Origin: Deltaproteobacteria bacterium
GTDB taxonomy: Bacteria; Myxococcota; Kuafuiibacteriia; Kuafuiibacteriales; Kuafuiibacteriaceae
Length of the DNA: 64,000 nucleotides
Assembly: GCA_040218735.1 (NCBI GenBank)
Contig: JAVJQW010000017.1
Coordinates: 320,001-384,000, forward strand
Direction: 5' to 3'
Shown here: positions 1-7,478 of the stretch, in pieces
Layout: each line of letters opens with the position of its first letter
Position numbering within the stretch: position 1 is the stretch's first letter
Made by a program: the position numbers and the translations under genes
Notes under the pieces: model-generated
The model's database searches: none
What the model was told of the DNA's origin: nothing
What the model saw: the letters and a program-made list of their open reading frames with translations, nothing else

Positions 1-3
1 CTG

Positions 4-525
4 ATGGCCAACGGACCGCTCGTCAAAGCCGACGAGGCCGCGATCGCCCGCAAGATGGATCCTGACCGGGAGCTCGAGGTGGCTCCGGGGCGCGCGGTGA
101 AGAAGTGGGCGCGGGGCGAGGCGACACTCCAGGAGCTGAAGGGATACTCGGCGGAGGAGCTGTTCGCGATCTCGTCGCAGGGCTACACGCTGTTCCTGAA
201 CGGCAAGGTGCGGGACGCGCAGATCATCTTCGAGGGTCTGGTCGCGATCGACCCGCGCAACGACTACTACTACCGCGCGCTCGGGGTCGTGTATCACCGG
301 CAGGGGGACGCGGAGCGCGCGCTTCGGCAGTTCACGCACGCGATCACCGTCGCGCCGAAGTCGGCGGCGGCCTACGTGAACCGTGCGGAGGTCCACATCA
401 GCCGGCGCGATACGAACGCGGCGCTGCAGGATCTCGAGATGGCGATTCAGGTGTCGCGCGACCTCGCGCATCCCATCGCCCGCAAGGCGCTCGCGCTGCG
501 GTCGCTCCTACGGCGCCGACGCTGA
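4..525 (+). CDS. SycD/LcrH-like TPR chaperone (T3SS class II chaperone-like)
   Basis: TLQELKGYSAEELFAISSQGYTLFLNGKVRDAQIIFEGLVAIDP..YYYRALG matches the LcrH/SycD N-terminus plus TPRs; lies upstream of sctV; TGATG at 2-6 suggests coupling to an upstream gene outside the window. Confidence 0.8.
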   Translation: MANGPLVKADEAAIARKMDPDRELEVAPGRAVKKWARGEATLQELKGYSAEELFAISSQGYTLFLNGKVRDAQIIFEGLVAIDPRNDYYYRALGVVYHRQGDAERALRQFTHAITVAPKSAAAYVNRAEVHISRRDTNAALQDLEMAIQVSRDLAHPIARKALALRSLLRRRR

Positions 526-656
526 AAAGGCGTGGATCGATCGGGACTTTCGACCAAATCCTACATGTAGTTCCATGTCGGCCCGAAACACCCATAAGCC
601 CACGATTTCACACGAGATTCGCGTCGGACGATCGTCGGATCCTCGAACGATTACAG

Positions 657-670
657 GATCTTGCAAGATC
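657..670. promoter_or_regulatory. Perfect 14-bp palindrome GATCTTGCAAGATC, candidate operator
   Basis: Self-complementary sequence in the AT-richer 526-865 intergenic region. Confidence 0.4.
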
Positions 671-751
671 TCGTCTGTTTTTCGAAATCCCAAGCAACTT
701 CGGCGACTTGGCACCGATAAACTCCACGCCGATGACCGGAAGCGATGAAGC

Positions 752-865
752 AACGTTCACGGTACGGTTGTGGTGATAGCACCGTGAAATGTTCGGACTC
801 AGGAAGGTCCGGTAGATTGGCAACACGCGACGCTTCGAAAGCGACGCACTGAAAGGAAGACAAAA
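752..865 (+). promoter_or_regulatory. Structured 5' leader with two candidate CsrA sites
   Basis: Hairpin TTCACGGT-N17-ACCGTGAA (756-788); hairpin CGGACT-CAGGAA-GGTCCG (794-811) with GGA in the loop; hairpin GCGACGCTT-CGA-AAGCGACGC (826-846); AAGGA overlapping the SD at 853-857. Confidence 0.55.
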
Positions 866-2089
866 ATGGTTGGTTTCAACACGGCTGGCACGATCGCGAA
901 CGACGTCCTCGGATTCTTCGGCGTCCGCGGCGCGGGCATCGGCGTGGCGATCGACTCGCTGCTCGGCAACCCGCAGGGCGTGCTCCTCAACATGCAGGAC
1001 GCCTACCTCGAGATGGCGCTCGGCCACGGCACGGGTCCGATTCAGCGCATGATGGGCAACGCGCAGATGTCGATGATGCCCTGGATGATGCCTTTTGGAA
1101 TGCCGTCGCCCATGGCGATGATGCCCGGCATGATGCCTTTCGCGGGCGCTGGGTATGCGGGCGCGCAGGAGATCGACCTGGCGCCGGGCTCCTGGAACAT
1201 CCCGATCCTGAGCAAGCTCTTCTCGGGTCGCCGTCGTGCGGCGGGCCGCTTCGAGCGGATGCTCCGCACGAACCCGCACGCGCGTGCGGCGTTCGAGGCG
1301 CAGATCGGTGGCCGCATCACGAACTTCGGCGTCCGTAACGACGGCAAGTTCACGGTGGCGCGCTTCGGCGCGGGCTACCACCCCGGCATGGCCGCGGCGA
1401 TCAACCCGATGGCGGCTTCGGCGCTCGGGTACTCGACGATGATGGGCAGCGCCATGATGGGCACCTACGGCAACATGGCGATGGGCGGCTACCCGATGTT
1501 CGGCAACATGTCGATGCTCGGCAACCCGTTCATGGCGATGACCATGGGCGGCATGGCGAACATCATGGGCATGGGCCCGTCGGGCCCCGGCGGCGCCGGC
1601 GCGGGCATGTTCGACAACACCGGTTGGCGCGGCGGCCAGGGCTACGGCTCCTGGAACCCGCTGACGATGCCGGGTCGCATCAACAACACGAACCCGGGCT
1701 CCGAGTACGCGCACCAGGCGCAGGTCGCGGGCGTGCTCGCCGACCCGTCGCTGACGGTCGAAGACAAAGTCACCCTCTTGATCATGCTCATCATGAACAA
1801 GATGGACGACGACATCGAGCGTCAGGCGCAGTACATCAACTCGCTGCAGCAGCAGCAGTCGAGCCGGACGCCGGGCGGCGACCAGGGTGCCGGCGGCGGC
1901 GCCTTCGGCCTGAGCGGTGGACCGTTCAACCCGCAGGGTGGTGGTGAGAACTCGCCTTCGATCGACGTCGAGACGATGAAGCTGAAGCGCATGATCGACA
2001 AGCGCTCGCAGATGTTCGACATGCTGCGTCAGATCATCGACAAGTACAACGAGACGGCGAAGAACATCATCCAGTCGATCGGCCGGTAA
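866..2089 (+). CDS. Met/Gly-rich putative T3SS-secreted filament/tip/translocator-like protein
   Basis: Strong SD (GAAAGGAAG); no Sec signal; low-complexity M/G-rich body; C-terminal amphipathic helix KRSQMFDMLRQIIDKYNETAKNIIQSIGR resembles needle/Bsp22/EspA-type C-termini; flanked by two SycD-like chaperones. Confidence 0.6.
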   Translation: MVGFNTAGTIANDVLGFFGVRGAGIGVAIDSLLGNPQGVLLNMQDAYLEMALGHGTGPIQRMMGNAQMSMMPWMMPFGMPSPMAMMPGMMPFAGAGYAGAQEIDLAPGSWNIPILSKLFSGRRRAAGRFERMLRTNPHARAAFEAQIGGRITNFGVRNDGKFTVARFGAGYHPGMAAAINPMAASALGYSTMMGSAMMGTYGNMAMGGYPMFGNMSMLGNPFMAMTMGGMANIMGMGPSGPGGAGAGMFDNTGWRGGQGYGSWNPLTMPGRINNTNPGSEYAHQAQVAGVLADPSLTVEDKVTLLIMLIMNKMDDDIERQAQYINSLQQQQSSRTPGGDQGAGGGAFGLSGGPFNPQGGGENSPSIDVETMKLKRMIDKRSQMFDMLRQIIDKYNETAKNIIQSIGR

Positions 2090-2100
2090 TGATGAGCCCT

Positions 2101-2140
2101 GGATGAGCCGGGTTCGCCCCTTCGGGTGCCCGGCTCGTCC
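2101..2140 (+). terminator. Stem-loop after the Met/Gly-rich gene (terminator or mRNA stabiliser)
   Basis: GGATGAGCCGGG...CCCGGCTCGTCC 12-bp stem with one G-U pair, followed by a pyrimidine-rich tract rather than poly-U. Confidence 0.55.
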
Positions 2141-2238
2141 CTGCCCCTCCCCTCTCCCCTTCACCTCCAACCAGGACTCCCCGGACCGCGGTGGCCCCGC
2201 GGCACGCGCAGGTTTTTGCGATTTCCTGGGGGGATGCT

Positions 2239-3015
2239 ATGAACCGGATGAGCCGAAAAGCGATGGCGACCAAGGACAACAAGCCGAAGCCAGACAGCCT
2301 CCTCGACAAGCTGATCGCTCAGGGCAAGAAGCCCGAGGATCTGTCCGAGGAGGAGAAGGAAAAGATCCTCGCGGAGGTCGACAAAGAAGTCGAGAACATG
2401 ACCGCCGAGGACGTGATCAAGGCGGTCGAGAAGGGCGAGATCGAGATCGAGTACGTCGATCCGCCGAACCCGATCGACAACTTCACCGAGGAGAACTTCA
2501 AGAAGTTCCTGTTCGGCAAGATCACGTGGGCCCAGCTCGAAGGCATGACGATGGAGCAGGCCTACGCGATCGCGGAGTTCGGCTACACGATGTACCAGCA
2601 GGGCCGCTACAAGGACGCGCGGACGCTGTTCGAAGGCCTGGTCATCGGCAACCCGTACGACCCGTACTTCCACGCGATGCTGGGCGCGATCTTCACGAAG
2701 CTCGACATGCACGAGGAGGCCGCGCAGGAGTTCTCGATCGCGATCGAGCTCGACCCCGAGGACATCAACTCCTACGTGAACCGCGGCGAGCTGCTGCTGC
2801 AACACGGCGAGTTCGAGTACGCGATGGAAGACCTCAAGGCCGCCATCGACCTCGACCCCGAGGGCAAGAACCCCGCTTCGCTGCGCGCTCGGGCCCTCGC
2901 GGCCGCGACGGCCGCGGCGATCAAGGAGCTGATCGAGCGGCGTGAGGCGGAGGGTGACGACGCGCCCAAGAAGCCCGCCGGGAAGAAGCCGTCGGCTTCT
3001 CCGCCCAAGAAGTAG
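2239..3015 (+). CDS. SycD/LcrH-like TPR chaperone with acidic N-terminal extension
   Basis: ITWAQLEGMTMEQAYAIAEFGYTMYQQGRYKDARTLFEGLVIGNPYDPYF typical of the LcrH/SycD family; start at ATG 2239 after GGGGGA (2263 is an alternative). Confidence 0.8.
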   Translation: MNRMSRKAMATKDNKPKPDSLLDKLIAQGKKPEDLSEEEKEKILAEVDKEVENMTAEDVIKAVEKGEIEIEYVDPPNPIDNFTEENFKKFLFGKITWAQLEGMTMEQAYAIAEFGYTMYQQGRYKDARTLFEGLVIGNPYDPYFHAMLGAIFTKLDMHEEAAQEFSIAIELDPEDINSYVNRGELLLQHGEFEYAMEDLKAAIDLDPEGKNPASLRARALAAATAAAIKELIERREAEGDDAPKKPAGKKPSASPPKK

Positions 3016-3147
3016 GCGCTCGGCTGCTTCGCGCGCGCCCTGGGACCGGGAACCCGAAAGATCGAAACTGGGGCCGGGGGATGGGAACTTGAATTGGGCG
3101 TGTAGTTGAGCAATCGCCTGTAGATCGGCCATCCTACCCCCCACCCG

Positions 3148-5307
3148 ATGAAGAACTTCATCGCAGTCCTCACGACCGGCGACCTCCGCCAGACGATCGG
3201 TCGGTTCTCCGACCTGATGCTCGCCGGCCTGGTGATGCTCATCGTTTCGATGCTCATCATCCCGCTGCCGCCGTTCCTCCTCGACATCTTCATCGTCATC
3301 AACATCTCGATCTCGGTGCTGCTGCTCCTGCTCGCGATGTACATCCCGAACGCGCTGCACCTCGCGTCGTTCCCGTCCCTGCTGCTCGTGACGACGCTGT
3401 TCCGCCTCGCGCTGAACGTGTCGTCGACGCGGCTGATCCTCCTGACCGCGAAGGCCGGTGAGGTCATCAAGGCGTTCGGCAACTTCGTCGTCCAGGGCAA
3501 CCTGGTCGTCGGTATCGTCATCTTCCTCATCCTCACGATCATCCAGTTCCTGGTGATCACGAAGGGCGCGGAGCGTGTCGCCGAGGTCGCGGCGCGCTTC
3601 ACCCTCGACGCCATGCCCGGCACGCAGATGTCGATCGACGCGGACCTCCGCGCCGGTGCGTTCGACATGGACGAGGCGCGGCGGAAGCGAAACGACCTCA
3701 ACCGCGAGTCGCAGCTGTTCGGTTCCATGGACGGCGCGATGAAGTTCGTGAAGGGCGACTCGATCGCCGGTTTGATCATCACCGCGATCAACATTGTCGC
3801 GGGCATCATCATCGGAACGACGATGCTCGACATGCAGGCCGCCGAAGCCCTTCAGGTCTTCGCGATCCTGACGGTCGGCGACGGCCTCGTCTCCCAGATC
3901 CCGGCGCTCCTCATCTCGATCACCTCCGGCCTCATCGTGACGCGCGTCGCCTCCGAGGACGCGGACAACCACCTCGGTAAGGACATCTCGCTGCAGCTCC
4001 TCGCACAGCCCCGCGCGTTCATGATCGCGACGGCGATGCTCACGATCTTCGGGCTCGTCCCCGGTCTCCCGATGGTGCCGTTCCTCTTCTGCGCGGCGCT
4101 CGTCGGCGCGGTCGGCTACGGCCTCAACCGCACCAAGCGCCTCAAGGCGGAGGGGCGCCTGCAGCAGATCGACGACGGCTCGCCGCCGTCAGAGGAGGAG
4201 GTCCAGGAGCAGCGGCAGAAGCGCATCCAAGCGCAGCGCATGCAGGAGGGCCAGTCGCAGCAGATGCTGCCGGTGGTCACGCCGATCGCGCTCGAGGTCG
4301 CCGCCGACCTCATCCCGCTCGTCGAGGACTCCGGCGAGGGCAGCAAGTTCCTCGGCGAGATGATCCCGATGATGCGCGACGGCCTCTTCTACGAGCTCGG
4401 CGTGCGCTTCCCCGGCATCCGCGTCCGCGGCAACGAGAGCGACATGCCGCCGGGCTCGTACCTGATCATGATCAACGAGATCCCGTTGGTCATGGGCACC
4501 GTGTCCCAGGACAAGGTGCTGGTGAACGACACCGTCGAGCGACTACGCCTCCTCAACATCGAAGGCGAGCCCGCGACGAACCCCGCGAACGGCAACGAGT
4601 GCGCGTGGATCGACGCGCAGTTCCAGGACGTCGCGGAGCAGGCCGGCCTCACGACCTGGGACGCGGCCGGCTACATCGTCCTGCACCTGTCGAGCGTGCT
4701 GCGTAAGAATGGCGCGGAGTTCGTCGGGATCCAGGAGACGATGAACATGCTCGAGCAGCTCGAGCAGGCGTTCCCGGCGCTCGTGAAAGAGACGGTGCCG
4801 AAGGTCGTCTCCCCGTTCCAGCTGACGGACATCCTGCGGCGCCTGATCGAAGAGGAGATCTCGATCCGCGACCTCCGCTCGATCCTCCAGGCGCTCGCCG
4901 AGTGGGGGCAGGTCGAGCACGACACGGTCATGCTGACCGAGTACGTGCGCGCCGCGCTCAAGCGCTACATCAGCCACAAGTACACGCGCGGTCAGAACAC
5001 CCTGATCGTGTACCTGCTCGATCCACAGATCGAAGAGACGGTGCGCAGCTCGATTCAGCACACGTCGTCCGGCTCGTACCTCGCGCTCGAACCAGAGATC
5101 ACGCAGGAGATCCTGTCGGCGGTGCGTACGGAGGTCGGCTCGCTGCCGCCCACCGCGCAGAACCCAGTCATCCTCACCACGATGGAGATCCGGCGTTACT
5201 TCCGAAAGCTCGTGGAGCTCGAGTTCCCGCACCTCGCGGTGCTCTCGTACCAAGAGCTGTCGCCGGACATGAACATCCAGCCGATCGCGCGCATCTCGTT
5301 GGAGTAA
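3148..5307 (+). CDS. sctV: Type III secretion export gate protein SctV (LcrD/FlhA, FHIPEP family)
   Basis: FPSLLLVTTLFRLALN, KGAERVAEVAARFTLDAMPG.QMSIDADL, MDGAMKFVKGD, VLSYQEL motifs; multi-TM N-terminal half; SycD-like neighbours favour injectisome type. Confidence 0.9.
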   Translation: MKNFIAVLTTGDLRQTIGRFSDLMLAGLVMLIVSMLIIPLPPFLLDIFIVINISISVLLLLLAMYIPNALHLASFPSLLLVTTLFRLALNVSSTRLILLTAKAGEVIKAFGNFVVQGNLVVGIVIFLILTIIQFLVITKGAERVAEVAARFTLDAMPGTQMSIDADLRAGAFDMDEARRKRNDLNRESQLFGSMDGAMKFVKGDSIAGLIITAINIVAGIIIGTTMLDMQAAEALQVFAILTVGDGLVSQIPALLISITSGLIVTRVASEDADNHLGKDISLQLLAQPRAFMIATAMLTIFGLVPGLPMVPFLFCAALVGAVGYGLNRTKRLKAEGRLQQIDDGSPPSEEEVQEQRQKRIQAQRMQEGQSQQMLPVVTPIALEVAADLIPLVEDSGEGSKFLGEMIPMMRDGLFYELGVRFPGIRVRGNESDMPPGSYLIMINEIPLVMGTVSQDKVLVNDTVERLRLLNIEGEPATNPANGNECAWIDAQFQDVAEQAGLTTWDAAGYIVLHLSSVLRKNGAEFVGIQETMNMLEQLEQAFPALVKETVPKVVSPFQLTDILRRLIEEEISIRDLRSILQALAEWGQVEHDTVMLTEYVRAALKRYISHKYTRGQNTLIVYLLDPQIEETVRSSIQHTSSGSYLALEPEITQEILSAVRTEVGSLPPTAQNPVILTTMEIRRYFRKLVELEFPHLAVLSYQELSPDMNIQPIARISLE

Positions 5308-5352
5308 GCCGGCGAGCGTCAGATCGGCGCCCGACCGGACGTATGGGAGCAC

Positions 5353-6771
5353 GTGCCGTTCCCCCGCCTCCCGCTCCTCTTCATCATCGCCGCGCTGGCT
5401 ACGGCGTGCGGCTCCGAGCCCCCCCAAAGCTCGCCCTCGACGCAGCGCGACGCCGGAGCGGCGCCCCCCACGGCCTGCGCACCGAACACCCTCGACGCGC
5501 CAGCGGCCGAGCTCGACGCCACCATCCGCGCGCAATGCACCCGGCAGATTTCGTGCGGTATCCCGTTCCTCAACACGGCGGCGACGGTCGAGGCCTGCGT
5601 CGCCGAGCGCACCCTCGCCCTCGACGACTACGCGCGTTCGCTCGCGACGCGCGGCTCGCGGGTCAGCGCCGAGAACGCTTGCCTGTGTCGCGTGGGATAC
5701 GAGGAGGAGGCGTGCGGCGCGTTGAGGCGCACCCCGCCGACGGCGTGCGGTCAGCTCGTGGTCGGCCCGGGCGCGCAGGGTGACGACTGCGCCTTCGACT
5801 TCGACTGCAGCGAGGGGCTCGTCTGCCTAGCGACGACGCAGTGCCCGGGGACCTGCGTCGAGATTCCGCCGCGGTGCACCGTCGACAGCTGCGGCGCAGA
5901 AGCGAAGTGTGACTTCGGGACCGGGCGATGTGATCCGCTCAGTCGCGCCGGGCAGGAGTGTACGGTCGGATGCGTCGAGGGGCTGTTCTGCGGGTACGCG
6001 CCGGGCGAGACACCGATGGGTCCTCCGACCTGCCTCCCCGCCGCGGAACCCGGCGCACGTTGTATCGGCGCAGAGGGCTCGTGTGTGTCGGGCTACACGT
6101 GCCAAGGGAGCTCGGGGGTGCCGCAGAGGTGTGCGCCGGCGCTCGGCCTCGACGACATGTGCTCGAGCTACACCGACTGTGCGGACGATCTGTTCTGCGA
6201 CTTCGACGTGTCGCGCTGCCGACCGCGTTCGGCGATCGGTGAGGCGTGTAAGAACTTCGGGCGACACTGCGTCGAGGGGCTGTACTGCGCGTCCCCGGCC
6301 GAAGCCGAGTGTGGACCGGATCGCCCGTGCGGAACCAGCCGCGAGTGCTGCCAAGTCGACGGCCGCGCCCAGTGCGTCCCCCTCGGCGGCACGTGCGCGC
6401 CACTCGACGGGACCTGCGCTCCGCTCGCGGACTACGCGGGGCCCGATCTCGTGAAACTCGCCGCTGGCGACGACTGTAGAGGCGGCCGGTGTCCGCTCGG
6501 CACCACGTGTCGCCTCGCCACCGAGACCGCGACGGTCCCGACGTGTGCCGACCTCTTCGAGCTCGGCGAGGCGTGCAACGCGTACGGCACCATCGACCCC
6601 TACGTCTGCCGGACGGGGATCTGCGACGTGTTTGCGTCGATGCGCTGTGTCGAGCTCAAGCTGCCGGGTGAGGCCTGCACGACCGACGCGGCGTTCACGC
6701 TCGAGTGTGGCTCGCTGATGTGCGACGGTGGCGTTTGCGCCCCCTGGGATTCGTTGTGCCGCGCGCCGTGA
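5353..6771 (+). CDS. Cys-rich repeat lipoprotein
   Basis: Signal peptide with lipobox ATAC; repeated G..C....DC..GL.C motifs. Confidence 0.75.
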   Translation: MPFPRLPLLFIIAALATACGSEPPQSSPSTQRDAGAAPPTACAPNTLDAPAAELDATIRAQCTRQISCGIPFLNTAATVEACVAERTLALDDYARSLATRGSRVSAENACLCRVGYEEEACGALRRTPPTACGQLVVGPGAQGDDCAFDFDCSEGLVCLATTQCPGTCVEIPPRCTVDSCGAEAKCDFGTGRCDPLSRAGQECTVGCVEGLFCGYAPGETPMGPPTCLPAAEPGARCIGAEGSCVSGYTCQGSSGVPQRCAPALGLDDMCSSYTDCADDLFCDFDVSRCRPRSAIGEACKNFGRHCVEGLYCASPAEAECGPDRPCGTSRECCQVDGRAQCVPLGGTCAPLDGTCAPLADYAGPDLVKLAAGDDCRGGRCPLGTTCRLATETATVPTCADLFELGEACNAYGTIDPYVCRTGICDVFASMRCVELKLPGEACTTDAAFTLECGSLMCDGGVCAPWDSLCRAP

Positions 6772-6834
6772 ACGTGCGCGGTCGGCGCCGGACACATGAA
6801 CATCGAGGCCATCGCGCGTATGTTGCAAGCCTAG

Positions 6835-7393
6835 GTGAAGGCGCTGACCAAGGGCCGGAAGGCCATCCCGAGCTGGTTCTTTTCGGTCGTCGTCGTGCGC
6901 CTCGGGCACCGCTTCCTGTTGGTGCACGAGAAGAAACACGGCCAGCAGTGGTACCCCATCTCCGGACCTCGCTTCGCGAGGGCCGGGGGCACGTTCCATC
7001 GGACGACCGACGGCTGACGCCGTCGACCGCCTCGGAGGGTACCTCCCCGCGGGGCGCGTCGAGCCCGGTGAGTCGTTCGCCGACGCCGCGATCCGCGAGA
7101 CGCTCGAAGAAGCCGGCGTGCCGGTCGTGCTCGACGGTGTGTTGCGCGTCGAGCACCGACCCTCCCCCGACGGCACGCGGATGCGCGTCGTGTTCGTCGC
7201 GCACCCCGCCGACGACACCCCGCCGAAGTCCGTGCCCGACGACGAGACGCTCGGTGCGCGGTGGCTGACGATCGACGAGATGCGATCGCTCCCCCTCCGC
7301 GGCGACGACGTCATCGCGCTGTTTGCGATGGTCGAACGCGGCGCCCCCGTCTACCCGATGTCGCTGTTCGGCCCCGAAGGCCTCTACGCCTGA
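6835..7393 (+). pseudogene. NUDIX hydrolase interrupted by an 88-bp insertion
   Basis: 5' part ...FLLVHEKKHGQQWY and 3' part YLPAGRVEPGESFADAAIRETLEEAG (Nudix box) are in different frames; deleting 6956-7043 gives one 156-aa ORF. Confidence 0.85.
6950..7043. mobile_element. MITE/REP-like structured insertion flanked by GGTACC direct repeats
   Basis: GGTACC at 6950-6955 and 7038-7043; internal hairpins CCTCGC-TTC-GCGAGG and CGACGGC-TGAC-GCCGTCG; subterminal CTCCG/CGGAG inverted repeat. Confidence 0.7.
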
Positions 7394-7478
7394 CGTCGGA
7401 TACCGTCAGCGGCGCACAGGAACGTTCGCGGGGCTTCGGCAACCGTCGCGGAGCGCAGACCGAAGATGAAGGATAGCC

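Noticed and set aside
708-835. TTGGCAC (708) and TTGGCAAC (817) as sigma54 promoters
   Set aside because: Neither has GC at the required GG-N10-GC spacing.
3148-5307. Calling the FHIPEP protein flagellar FlhA
   Set aside because: No flhB/flhF neighbours, it lacks the LELEIGYGLI-type motif, and it is flanked by SycD/LcrH-like chaperones. A phylogeny is needed to settle it.
6796-6834. Short ORF MNIEAIARMLQA* in frame with the NUDIX start (possible TAG readthrough)
   Set aside because: No recoding signal visible; the NUDIX N-terminus looks complete from GTG 6835, and TATGTT here may simply be a -10 box.
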